In this document: piece by piece, positions 49,700 through 63,015 of the stretch | Position numbering within the stretch: position 1 is the first letter of the stretch | Layout: every line of letters begins with the position of its first letter | DNA from: Octopus sinensis | Lineage: Eukaryota | Length of the DNA stretch: 64,000 nt | Assembly: GCF_006345805.1 (NCBI RefSeq) | Contig: NC_043019.1 | Location: 11,531,360-11,595,359 of the forward strand | Reading direction: 5' to 3' | Translations under genes and position numbers: made by a program | Notes under the pieces: generated by a model | Databases searched by the model: none | Told to the model about the DNA's origin: nothing | The model's input: only the letters and a program-made list of their open reading frames with translations

Positions 49700-51848
49700 T
49701 TAGATTCTTTATACACACGGCCCAAGTCTCATTTCCACACAACATCACACACTCCTTACAATTGCTGCAAAGCAGCCAAAAAGGTTAGGTGTACTTCAGA
49801 TTATCCATCTACCCACCTCTAACTCTAGCCATTGTACTATCTATCATTAGTCCTGCTTCCTCCATTAATCATGTCACTCCAGGCAGCGAAGACTGTTCAT
49901 ATTACTAGCTTTTCCAGTCATTTTTATGCATACCTCTAAATTCCATTGCATCACTATGAGAACCTCCTAACGATGTAGGCAACACATTATTAAATTCCTG
50001 CCTATGCCTTTTCTGCAAACAGTACCAAGCCACTTACCTGCTTCTATTGGACTCTTTGTATCTTGCACTTTGCTGCATTGCTGTTATTTAGCTGAAGCTT
50101 TGATCAAGCAGATCTATGATCAAAGGTGTTTCGGCCTTGACCACCCCAACTTGTTTTTTGGGGTCTTTTTTTTTTGTTGTTGCTGTAACAGGCACACACA
50201 TGGGTGCATGATTAAGAAGTTTGTTTCCTGTCTATATGGTTTTAGGTTCAGTCTCTCTGCATGGCATGTTGGGTGTGTACCTTTCTTCTCTTATAACCCG
50301 GGGCCAGCCAAAGCCACAGAAACTGAAAGAAGCCCATTGTATGCATGTGTGTGTGTGTTAGTGTTTCCTTGTTTTAGCATCACATGATTGTTGTAAAGGA
50401 GTGTCACATCAAAGCTGATGTGGGGGCCAAACATCAACAAAACCTTTACAATCTTTAGCAATTGCAACGTCTGTAGTTTCAGTCCTTCATATCAGTTAAC
50501 CCTGTGGTATCATCATCATCATCATCACCTTCGTTTAGCGTCCGCTTTCCATGCTAGCATGGGTTGGACGGTATATAGGAGGTAATGAAAGCACCAAGAA
50601 AAAATTTCGAATGACAAATAGGAGGAACCTCTATATAGTCGTTCGATCTATCAAAAACAGTAGCTAAGTCTCCTTCAAAATACACTATACGTCTTTAAAA
50701 TAAGAAGTGGTTCCCTTGTTAGTTCATATAATTTAGATAATATAGTCCTAGACCAGATATGGACCACTGTTTTTGAGAAGCAGGCCACAAAGACATCTCA
50801 CATCATCAAGCGTGTTGCCCTATTAAACAATTGAAGATAATTTTTCGTTAGTGTGCCATTCAAAGTCCCGTGGGCCGCAGTTTACCTATGGCTTCCAAGA
50901 CCTTACACATTTCCACTACATAAAACTTCCGCGCTCAGAAAAGTGATCGTTCAATTCTCGTCATCCGTGAATATTTTAGATATACTGTGTCTGAAATATA
51001 GGCGGGATGGTCATGACTATAATGCCTTTTGGTCATAGTTTTGCCAACTGCCTTTTCTCTCCCAGCGAAGCAAAACAAGATTTGAGTCGTATTTCATATA
51101 TGTTTTACATAAATAATATGTTACCTGTTCACACTACATTTAATGTTTGTTTCCAAGTTAACAACGAAAGCAACTCGACAATTATTTATTTCAGAATACT
51201 TCCTGCAGTTCTAAGACTTGAAAGAGTGAAAAGGAAAGGAAAACAAGAAAGTGGTAAGGGAGGGGAATTCGCAATCGATGTTGTTTTTCTTTCTGATTGG
51301 AGACACATAATAGATCAGACTGACAATTCAGCCTTCTGTATTAGTAAAATCCAAAAACATTCATTTGTGTGAGATGTTTTGAAATTGCTACGTAAATAGA
51401 AGAGAAGGTAGAAAAAGACAAAATATTTCTAAAAAAAAACAATAAGTAAAAAATAAATGCCAGATTTAAAAAAAAAATGAAAAATAAAAAAGGACGAAAA
51501 AAATAAGATTGAAAAAAGGGGGAAAATACTTCAAAGGACATAAACAGGTCTTCTCACAAACGTGAAGAGGAAAATAAAATAACAACACAGCACAATATAG
51601 AAAAATAGTAAATTGCATTTCTCTATAATGCAGACAGGATACAGAAGAGTATGTGTGTGTGTGTGTATGTGTGTAATAAGCTAGGGAGGGCTGACTCAGA
51701 GCAAAATAAAATTGCTTTTTCTAGGCTAGGTTTTATGTTTTATTGTGAGAGAAATAGACATTTATTTCAGTTATGGGAATAAATATAGTCTGGATGGATG
51801 CTTGATAACATAAAAATACAGACTTGGCAAGGCAACCTCTCGACTACG

Positions 51849-52058
51849 TTTTTATTGTTATTATTATTATTATTATTATTATCATTATTATTATTATTAC
51901 TATTATTATTATTACTACTATTATTATTATTATTATTATTATCATTATTACTATTATTATTATTATTATTACTATTATTATTATTATTATTTTTATTATT
52001 ATTATTATCATTATTATTATCATTATTATTATTATTATTATTATCATTATTATTATTT
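51849..52058. repeat. (ATT)n microsatellite
   Basis: ~210 bp of ATT with ATC/ACT interruptions. Confidence 0.95.
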
Positions 52059-52430
52059 TTATACATAGATCTATTTCAATGTACGAATGTTAGCACGGTT
52101 TACACTATAAACCTTTTGGTTTCTCTCCAAAATCAATGAGCAGTATCTGATAAACAACAACATTCAAGCAACTAAAATCCCTCACCCTACATTTTACCCT
52201 TTTTCCTCCAAATAACAACGTACAATAAATATGCTTAAGTCAAAAAGTCCAAGGTGATACAATTACATACACACACACAAAAGAAAGGAGGAGGAAATTT
52301 GTACGGAAGGAAACTGTCATTTTATAACTTGGTTCATCATAAATTTTATTCTGTAATGATTTCTTTTTTTTTTTTTTTTTTTTATAAGTCTTCGCTTTTA
52401 GTTTTGTCAGAGAAGCAAATGTGATTCCGT

Positions 52431-52484
52431 TTGGCGGCCAGACGGCCGGCCGGCCGACGAAGATTTGGAAAAGGAAGGGGGCGG
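52431..52484. promoter_or_regulatory. GC/CpG-rich patch with GC box
   Basis: CGGCCGGCCGGCCG (52443-56) and GGGGCGG (52478-84) in AT-rich surroundings. Confidence 0.3.
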
Positions 52485-52550
52485 TATTTTTGGGGGGTTG
52501 CAATAAAATAAACTGTATCGTTGTTGGAGACGAACTTTAAGTTTTTAGTC

Positions 52551-52971
52551 GGCAATCTTTCGTCTCTAGTAGACCTTTCCGTTGATTTCCGTAAAATTTT
52601 TTTTTTTTTTTACATATGGGCTTGCGGGAACTTTTGAAGTAATGAGAGCGAAAGAGACTAAGAGAAAGCGATTGTATGACGAGGGAAGTTCTTTTAAAGT
52701 TACCGTGCATGGGGGCATTGATGGACATGTGTGTGTGTGTGTGTTTGATGGGGTGTGGGAGACAGACAGTATGTTGTGTAAGTGAAGTGCTTCTGTTAGT
52801 GTGTGTGAAGAGACAGAGTAATGTGTGAAAGAAAGAGACAACTGAATTTTTTTACTCGGTGTATGTGTATATGTATGTATATTACTTCAAAAGTTCCCGC
52901 AAGCCCATATGTAAAAAAAAAAAATTTTTACGGAAATCGACGGAAAGATCTACTAGAGACGAAAGATCGCC
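52551..52971. mobile_element. MITE with ~92-bp TIRs and 8-bp TSD (Merlin-like)
   Basis: Arms 52551-52643 and 52881-52971, GG..CC termini, TTTTAGTC on both flanks. Confidence 0.75.
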
Positions 52972-53135
52972 TTTTAGTCTTTCGAAAATCTATGCACTCA
53001 TACACACACACACACACACCTTTTTAAATATTTTACATATTTCAGTCATTTGGACTTTTGCCATGCTTGGGATTAAAGCCTTGAAGAATTTTAGTCGAAC
53101 GAATCAACCTAGTACTTGTTAAAGACTCATACTTA

Positions 53136-53544
53136 GAATCTTTTCGGTTTGACCGGCAGTTTTTTAAAATAATTTCCACGTAACTAAACACTTTTAAACT
53201 TCGTATACTGGTAGAATGTGTTTATAAAACATTTTTTCTCTTGGCTTTATTGAGAAAATTCTATGGTTTGTAAGATATTTGTTGTTTTTTTTCTTCAATT
53301 TCTGCAATTTCAACCAATCAATGAGGTCTATTGAGGTGAAAACATTCTGTGCCGTATGAATATGTCCCTCGTTTAAGAAACAGATTGGGTTTATTTACAT
53401 TTGTGAAGAAAAAAAGATACCCTTCCCCCACCCCTAACCCTAAAACAGATTGAAATACAATAGATCGATACTAGGGTCATAATTATGGGTGACAATTTCA
53501 TATGACACCGCTAGAAAAAACTGCCGTTCAAACCGAAAAGATCC
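53136..53544. mobile_element. Second copy of the ~400-bp MITE, nested in a SINE B
   Basis: Perfect 8-bp TSD CATACTTA (53128-35 and 53545-52). The SINE B sequence resumes after it. Confidence 0.8.
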
Positions 53545-55149
53545 CATACTTATTCTATCGGTCGCTTATTGGTGAACCGGTAAGTTGTGTGGACATAAAC
53601 ACAGCAAAACCCGGTTTTTGAGCGGTGTGAGGCGAACGACAAACACACGACGGAATTCTTTCGGTTTCCGTCTATCAAATCCACTTACAAGGCTTTTGGT
53701 CGGCCCGAGGCTATAGCAGAAGACACTTGCCCAAGGTGCCACGCAGTGGAACTGAACCTGAAATCATGAGGCTAGGGAAGCAAACTTCTTACTACATAGC
53801 CAAATCAACGACAGTGCGAACATGTACAATAACAAAGTCAAAACGATCTGATATCATCACCTACTCTCTCACACATTGAATCGTTAAATACTGGCTTACA
53901 TATACGCTAAAGGTTTTTTTAAAACCAAAAACACGCACACAAACGGAAAACGACTTAAAAACAAAAGAAAACGGGTTTTAAAATCCAGGCGAATACTTTT
54001 TAAAAACTCTACAAGAATCAAACTTGGCCAACCAAATTGACCACTGAGTATTCATTATAATACACGTAGTCCGTAAATTTACATTCCACTACCTGTCCAA
54101 TTTGTAGATCCAGAGTTCATACACCAAATAGATTGATTATAGGGTCAAATGGAACAGTAGGAAAATACAAAAGAATAGGGAATTATACATTTTAAATCAG
54201 CTTGCGCGAGCGACAAATCGAGAAATTAACAACATATCTTCCTCAAAGCTTTACCACAATGCTTGGAACAGAGAACATCTTTTTATGCATATATGCATGT
54301 AAGTACGTACGTATATTTTAAATATACTACAGTCAAATGGTTCGAAAATTTGCGAACACAAGGTCCTGTATTCGATCTTTCTGCAAATGTCATTTTCAAT
54401 AACCATGAGCCGAGCCATAATTTCTAAGTGAATCACTTGTAAGACGGGCACTAGAAACCCGCCAGGTGAATTGTATTAAAAAAAAAACCCAGCATTGTAA
54501 CAACACTGTTTCTCGCTAAATCTGCCTGAAAAATAACGTTGAAGGTACACACGTCTGCAGAATGTTCAGCCACCAACACATTAATTCAATTGGCTGAGCA
54601 ACTGAACCTTCAACTGACGACCGAGATCCAAAGGGTCATTCGCACCGTCTGTCCTCAGTCAAGTTTCCAGATTTTCCTCACAGTTTCAACTGGTTACACT
54701 GGAGACTGCTCAAATTTGGCTGGCCCCCAAAATCTAAGCTAAGAGCATTAAATATTTTGAGAGAAAGCAAGTGGAAGTGTACGACAACAAAACGGAGAAA
54801 ATGTTACACAATTACAAACAAGAAAATAACAACAGGTGTCTTTCGACTAATAAAGATGAAACATAAACACACACCATCGCTTGAAAACCGATGTTGGTGT
54901 GTTTACGTCTTTGTAACTTAACGGTTCGGTAAAAGACCGATGGAATAAGCACTAAGCTTACAAAGAATAAATCCTGAGGTTGATTTGTTTAGTTCGATGA
55001 ATAAACGGTATGGCAAGAATTCGATAAGTACCAGATTTTAAAGAAATAATTACAGGAGGGAGCGATTTGTTCGACTGAGACGCCCTCGATGGCAGTGCTC
55101 CAACATGGCCGCAGTCCAATGAATCAAGATAAAAGGTAAAATATAATAC

Positions 55150-55545
55150 TCTTTTACTTGTTTCAGTCATTTGACTGCGGCCATGCTGGAGCACCGCCTT
55201 TAGTCGAGCAAATCGACCCCGGGACTTATTCTTTGTAGGCCCAGTACTTATTCTATCGGTCTTCTTTTGCCGAACCGCTAAGTGACGGGGACATAAACAC
55301 ACCAGCATCGGTTGTCAAACAATGCTAGGGGGACAAACACAGACACACAAACATATACACACACATAAATATATATATACATATATACGACAGGCTTCTT
55401 TCAGTTTCCGTCTACCAAATCCACTCACAAGACTTTGGTCTGCCCGAGGCTATAGCAGAAGACACTTGCCCAAGATGTCACGCAGTGGGACTGAACCCGG
55501 AACCATGTGGTTGGTAAGCAAGCTACTTACCACACAGCCACTCCT
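55150..55545 (-). mobile_element. SINE family B, minus strand (also 3283-3633, 5392-6012, 53035-53790)
   Basis: Reverse complement of the family B consensus. Confidence 0.85.
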
Positions 55546-57924
55546 AACGAATTAGTGAAGGAAGGACAGGAAGTATGTGGAATTTAATTCTAGGAGAGAA
55601 CAAGTTGACATGTTAAATCCCTCTACTACCATATCGTCTGTTTAACAATTTAATTCACGGAACTTCAAGATCAAAGAAGAGTTCATAATTTTTTACACAC
55701 CAGTAAACGACATGTTTGGAATTCCAATTGTGTTTGCACTTGTTGGCCTTTTACTACTTGTCAAATCTAGTTGACATATATATTAACGAGTGCCTTGCGA
55801 TTTATCAAACATAGATCGACCAGACCTTACAAATATCCATTTTGATAACCAGCCTGCCTGAAACTGCTCCTCAACCACCAACACCTGGTTCTATGAGACA
55901 AATTTCTTGTTTATTTAAGTGATCTAAATTTCATTAAAATTTCACGTTGTGTTCCAAACACCAAACTATTTCCTAAGTTCATCATTATTTTCAAGATTTA
56001 TTGAAACAAAGGTAGTGTATTATTTCAATAGAAATATGGTAACAAACGGATTAAATATTGTATGAATCCGTCGGTCTGTTCTGTGACTGACTTTGAGACC
56101 GTAGTTTGTTCTTACATATTTTCCGTTTTAAAGTGATCTAAAATAAAACTTTCCATCAAAATTTCATCTTCATCTATGTTCTAAACACCAGTGTAATAAT
56201 GAAAAAGTTATTTGATTAAATCATTGTTTGGATCTTTTCCTTTTGATGGACGGAATTTTCTAGTTAACTTAAACAATTTGAAACTTCGTATACTGGTAGA
56301 ATGTGTCAAAAGAAAACATTATTGTAAACAAAATTGTAATTTGTAAGTTTAACGTAGTTAAATTCATTGTTTTCAAAATTAACTGAAATAAAAGCAGTGT
56401 ATTTTTATAGAAATATGGTAACGAAATTATTAAAGACCCAGCTATCTCACGTCTTTCCGTATATCAGTAAGTACATTTTCTATGTGCTTTTTTTAAAGGA
56501 TGGTTGTTTGAGATGCGGGAGATTTCGCTACATTAGCCATACTAATATTCCTTTCTTCCTAGTTTAAAACGAAGGTATTTGACTTGAGGGAGATTTGGCA
56601 GCTATTTCTAGCAGGTCGAGCGACAACGTATCCAGTACATTAACCAATCTAACCCACCTTGCTTACGCGTTGATGCTTAAGGAAAATTTTGACTGCTATC
56701 TCTAGCAAGTCAAACGTAACGTCCACACATAGAGGCACCTTCGTTTGGCTCCAAGTCACAGTAATTGTATACGAAAAGAAAAGGAAAATATTCATTTAAC
56801 AAAGGTTGGCAATAAAAATACTATTGCTGTCTATTTCAATGACCATTTCCTGTTTAGTTTCTATTATTTTCACTGTCACAGGTGACAAGGAATGGGACGA
56901 GGAAGGGGGCTACAACTTTGTTGTTGGTTGGTTTTCGTTTGTTAGATCGTATTCTCTTTTCCTTTCCCTCCCGTGGTATTCCTTTCATCTCAACACAACT
57001 GTTGTGATTGAATGATTATTAAGGTCAAACTTCTTAAGCTATGATACCCTCAAGCCCACAACATACGCAGTAAAGAGGACATTTTTATTGACGAAAAACC
57101 TGAGTCACTCTTGTTAATTGCTCGCTCAGTGTATTGCAGCCATGCTGGAGCACCGTCTAACAGGGTTAAGTCGGGATCTATCAAAATTTTCTCAAATCAC
57201 CAATATTGATTTAGTTTTGCATGCTGATAGCAAAAATGATGTCCATTTTCTCTAGAAATTAATAATTTCTACTATAGGTACGAGGCCTGAAATTTTGTCA
57301 GAAGGGGCCAGTCGAATACATCCACCCCAATGCTCAGCTGGTACTTTATTCTATCGACCACGAAAGGATGAAAGGCAAAGTAGGCTTCGGTAGCATTTGA
57401 ACTCAGAACGTAAAGATGAAAGAAATACTGCGAAGCATTTTGTCCGGCACGGTAACAATTCTGCCAGTTCACCGACTTTCTTTTGAAATAAAAAAAAAAT
57501 TTTTTAAATGTTACAAGCCTCTATAATTATATAATTTTAGTCAATCAGAAGCGTCCATTGCTGACATGCCGAAAGTTGTGTCTGTTTCCAAGGGAACAGC
57601 CTTAATATTATGTGACAAGACGTATATGCATGTAAGTTTGTGCGTGAATTTGTATATGTGTGTGTGTGTGTGCCTGTGCTGGCATGTTTTGCTTACATTC
57701 CATCCTTTCATACCAGTTATATAGTATGGTTAAAACAATCAAAGCAATTACTGGACCACTAATCTACAATGGGCTGTAATACGTCGTGGTACTACTGATT
57801 CCTTTCTTTTATTATCAATTTCAAGAGATTCCATCCTTCAGTACCAGTTATATAATGAGGGTTATTCAAGTAACATTCTACCTTTGTTATACATTCTTGC
57901 TTGCTTCATACTCTTGCTTGATGG

Positions 57925-58560
57925 GGCTGAAATCATCTCAGGTTAGTGGTGCCAGAGGCTTCATGCATAGAGCTGATGAGGTCCACCAGTGTTCCCATTG
58001 CTGGCGGTCCCATGCCGGCCTCTCTGTCCTCCAAGATGATGTCGAGCCTCTGGAGATCTTCCCAAATTATGTCCAGCCATTTGACGCAGGGCCAGCTACA
58101 GGGCCTCTCCACCCTGTAGCTATTTCAATGAATGAGAGTAAGGACCTGGTAGGAGGATCTAGTGGGAGATAGAAGACATGTCCATACCAGCTCATGCGAC
58201 GGATAGCTATGAGGTGGGAGGCTGCTGACTGATGCAAGCACACATGCAGTTGTTCGTTGGAAACATGATGGAACCATCTGATGTTCTCAATGATTCTCAG
58301 GGATCCACTATTGAAGCCATCAATCCACTTTGCCAGGGTTTTTGTGATCAATGACATGGTTCAAGTAGCCAGGGACAGCCACAGAGACCTGTCAGACCCC
58401 GCTGATGACGAGGAACCGGTCAGGGTCCTTCCTGTTCACTCACACACAGCCCTCGGTACTGTTGTAGAGCCACTGGAACAGGGTGATGATCGTTGGAGAC
58501 ATGCTGACAAGCTTGAGAATTTTCCAGAGGGATGCATGGTCAGTCAACCATGTTGAATGT
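57925..58560 (-). mobile_element. RTE-clade LINE ORF fragment, internally deleted
   Basis: DHASLWK..; TKTLAKWIDGF..LRIIENIRW..VSNE..IRRMSWYGHV..GW; frameshifted. Confidence 0.75.
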
Positions 58561-61370
58561 CACCTTGAGGTCAACAAAGGTGGTAATCTATGTGGAACTC
58601 CCAAGATCTTTCAATACTGAGATGAAAGGCAAAAATATGGTCAGCACATATACTACCCTCTCTCTTTCCTTGACTGTCAAACAAAATTTTAATTCTTCAC
58701 ATCTCACTGCAATTCAACAAATCAAAAACTCTTCTATAAATCCGCTAATGAACTAATTATTACCAACACACACACACACACCATTTTCTTTCATTTATCC
58801 TACACTGAACAAGTGATTTGATACTTAGTGTGTCCTAAATACTTCATGTAGCTTACATCCAACAGAACAGTTCCTGCAAACATTCTAACAGACAGCACTG
58901 AAACACACACTCCAAAGTATATATTTACAGTTCTTGTTTACAACAACAGGGTGTTTACATGGTCACTTAACATGCTCAAAATAGCACCCAAATCTTTAAA
59001 CACCTTGAAGAATTTTAAGCCAAACAAATTGAACCCGGTACCTTTTTTCAAGCCTGGCACTTATTCTATTGGTCTCTTTTGCCAATAGTGGTGGGGGACA
59101 GACATATATATACACACACATATATAGACAGACCTCTTTCAATTTCCATCTATCAAATCCACTGACAAGGCTCTAGTCAATGCAAGGCAACAGAAGACAC
59201 TTGCCCAAGGTGCCAAGCAATGGGATTGAACCTGGAAACATGATTGGGAAGCAAACTTCTTACCACACAGCCACGCCTACAACACACCCACCCACACATT
59301 AATGTGCTTTTATGCCAAGTTTATATATATATATAAAGCAAGGACTACTCAATACTTTTTAATTGAATACATGTTTATTAAACATTTGCCAGGGCAAGTT
59401 TGAGAGTAACTGAAATTTTGATTTGTTTGTTTTCGTCATATATTTTTAGGGAGAGGAGATAGGACAGAGAGAGACAGGCAGCAGAGAAGGACAAAGACAT
59501 ACAAAAAGTAAATAAATACATATTTCCCCTACAGTAAAAACAGTGAGAGAAAGAAAGAAAAAGATGATGAAAGAAGGCCACCCCACAGTCAACTCCATGG
59601 TGGCAGCAGGTCTGAATCAAGAGAAAAGAAAAAAAAAGCTAAAAGAGGCAAAGGGAGACCATGTTTTGGATTGATTCAATTAAAAACTATCTCAGTATTT
59701 ACATTAACTGACAATGATTATTGTAATTATAAATAATAACAGCTGGATAATCGTTGGGTTTCCATGTTAATGTCCCATAATTGAGAAGGAGGCATCAGAC
59801 TCAAGTGTAACAGATTTCAGTAATGTTTACAATTATGGCTAATGCAGATCTCACACAATCTCATAAGACTGTGCAGATGGGGGTTGCGGTGTTGATGGCA
59901 GCAGCCGTGTGTGTGTGTGTGTGGAGGTATGTGTGGTGTGCAAAGCCGGGTGAAATGCTTTGTGGTATTTCGTCTGCCGCTACGTTCTGAGTTCAAATCC
60001 CGCCGAGGTCGACTTTGCCTTTCATCCTTTCGGGGTCGATTAAATAAGTACCAGTTACGCACTGGGGTCGATGTAATCGACTTAATACCTATGTTTGTCC
60101 TTGTTTGTCCCTTCTATGTTTAGCCCCTTGTGGGTAATAAAGAAATAGGTATTTCGTCTGCCGTTACGTTCTGAGTTCAAATTCCCCCGAGGTCGACTTT
60201 GCCTTTCATCCTTTCGGGGTCGATTAAATAAGTACCAGTTACGCACTGGGGTCGATATGATCGACTTAATCCGTTTGTCTGTCCTTGTTCGTCCTCTCTG
60301 TGTTTAGCCCCTTGTGGGTAGTAAAGAAATAGGTATGTTTGGTGTGCAAGGCGGCGAGCTGGCAGAAACGTTAGCACGCCGGGTGAAATGCTTTGTGGTA
60401 TTTCGTCTGCCGCTATGTTCTGAGTTCAAATTCTGCCGAGGTCGACTTTGCCTTTCATCCTTTAGGGGTCGATTAAATAAGTACCAGTTACGCACTGGGG
60501 TCAATATAATCGACTTAATCCCTTTGTCCTCTCTGTGTTTAGCCCCTCGTGGGTAGTAAAGAAATAGGTATGTGTGGTGTGCATGTTTTATCTACTGGTC
60601 AGTGACCATGCTGGGGCACACTCTTGAAAGATTATAGTAGGACAGATCAACCCCAGTACTAGCCAAATCTGGTACTTATTCCATCAGACCTCTTTAGCCG
60701 AACGCTAAGTTACAGACATAAACAAACCAACACTTTTTGTCAAGTGGTGGTGGTGGTGGGGTAATACAGACAAACACACAAGCACATATGTATATAATGG
60801 GCTTCCATAGTTTGTGCCAACCAAATTTAATCACAAGGCATTAGTCAATCCGGGGCTATAGTAGAAGATACTTGCTGAAGATGCCACGCAGTGGGACTGA
60901 ACCTGAAACCACATCATTGCAAAGTGAGCTTCTTAACCACACAGCAATGGTGCATGCGTGCTGTTGTGATTCAGCCAGTTGTGACCACCAAGCAAAATTC
61001 AAACAAGTTATTGTACCACATAAAAAAAAAAAATCAAAACATTTTGGTATTCTCTTGGTTTATGAAAACAAACTGAAAAGTAAAAAAAATGTATATAATT
61101 AACATTAAATTTTGGGGTGAGGTGGGGTGGAGGAATGTTTTTTTTTTTTTTGGTGAAAAATATAAAAGATGTGAGGTTTCAAGATTGAAACATCTTTAAT
61201 CATAAATCTACCCAATAATGGATGACATGGGAGTTAAGCAACAATGACAATTTTGATATGTCAGAGTAGACATGATTCGTGGGTTCTAATATTACTTGGG
61301 AAAAGGTGGAATGGTGGGCATATTTGGAGTGGTGGGCATATTTGGAGTGGTGGGGGATCTATGGATCAAA

Positions 61371-61786
61371 CTTAGTTGTTCAATGAACATGCTGGATCAA
61401 GACTGACCTAGGGCCATACAAAACCAAACATTGCTCCCATCATGTCGAAATGATACATCTGATCTCAACATTATCGATTTTTTAGGGATTATACAAGAAA
61501 TTTATTGATTAACAGACAATCATTTGTGACTGATGATTAATCTTCTTACATTTTTCCTTCATGTTTTTCATTAATTATTTTAAAACCCAGTACTCATTAA
61601 GTCTGGTACTTAGCTGTTCAACAAACCTGGATCAAGTCTGATCTAGGGTCATACAAAACCAAACATGGCTCCCATCATGTCTAAATGACACATCTGATCA
61701 ACATGATTGATTTTTTTTATGATTGAACAAGAAATTTATTAACAATCATTTTTGATTGATGACTAATCTTTTTACATTCCTCCTTC
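61371..61786. repeat. Diverged ~238-bp tandem duplication
   Basis: cttag..ggatcaag..catacaaaaccaaacat..ctcccatcatgtc occurs twice. Confidence 0.7.
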
Positions 61787-62631
61787 ATTTCTTCTTTGAT
61801 TAAATCAACTATTTTAAAACCTTCACAAATCTCTTCATCCTTTCTTTCTCTCTCTTAACCACCCAGAAGCTTATATGCTAGAAATAACAACCAAATCTGC
61901 CGTAACTCACACCTTACTGGCTTAAAAAAAAAGGACAATGAATAATGTACAGATATACACACTATATTTGAAAAAACGAGATGGTCACGGTTGGAATATC
62001 CCTGTGTATAGGTTGTCTGTTCGAATAGGACTGACACGGGGTTACACAACATTAATACAAACAAAGGAGCTTTGAACAACTAAAAATAGCAGCCAAATTA
62101 CTCATAAATCACATTTTACTAACGTAAAAAGGAATGAATGCTACATTGGATAAAATGGTTCTGGATCCATTATGAACAAACAGTATGTAAAGACGGGATG
62201 ATCAGGGTTGGAATGTCTTTGTCTGAACGTCTGCCGGATCAACGATTAGCTGACTTGAGGGTTAAATATGAAGGAAGACCTAATGGAAGTCTTCAGAAGC
62301 TAATCAAGCTGAAAATAATTATATTTTAATTGGGGAAATGAAAGGAACATTAGATTAAAAATAAAAGAAGATAATATTATCAGCAAAACCATTATTTATC
62401 GATTGATAAACTTTGACTGAAACATAATTGGAATCTATATTCTAAATGATATTGGCAAAAAATGCAAAAAAACCCCTGAGGTAATGGGTGGGAGAGCGAT
62501 TGCTGCTGTTTTTATTTAGCCCTAGGTCAGCTCTGATCGAGCAGAAAAGGACGATGGAAGACACGACTCCAATTGTGACCATCCTGTCTTATTTTTATTT
62601 CACATAGCATAACTAGGTTCGTATCAATATA

Positions 62632-63015
62632 TCTTTATATATAAAAGTGAAGTTGTGTGTCTGTCTCCTACGATTTAGATTCCTAACTACTCCCACATTT
62701 TGCGGTGCAGTTTAACCAAAACCGGGTATCTTATAGTCGTGATTCATATCGAGCCCTTCTGGGTTTTAGCGCGCGTCTACAGTGAGTCTACGATTTTAAA
62801 AATAATTTACCATCATTTTTTTTCATTTTAATGCATTTTTTCGCTATTATATAAGGGAAGTAACTCTCTAAAAATGTCTACGATGAGTCAACGATTTTAA
62901 AAAAATTACCATAATTTTTTTTCCATTTTTAATGCATTTTTTGCTATAACTCTCTAAAAATGCTTATATAGTTATTTCCCTTACAAACCCGAGCAACGCC
63001 GGGCGATACTGCTAG
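62632..63015 (+). mobile_element. Non-autonomous Helitron copy 3
   Basis: Near-identical to copy 1; A|TC...CTAG|T. Confidence 0.8.

Noticed and set aside
51767-52139. Poly-N/L/I ORFs
   Set aside because: Translations of the (ATT)n microsatellite. The IY/CV-rich ORFs elsewhere come from (AT)n and (TG)n.
54539-54742. 67-aa ORF in unique CpG-containing sequence
   Set aside because: Non-ATG start, no convincing splice sites, no recognisable family.
56882-56925. Possible small plus-strand exon (DKEWDEEGGYNFVV)
   Set aside because: The acceptor is plausible but the donor is weak, and no partner exons were found.
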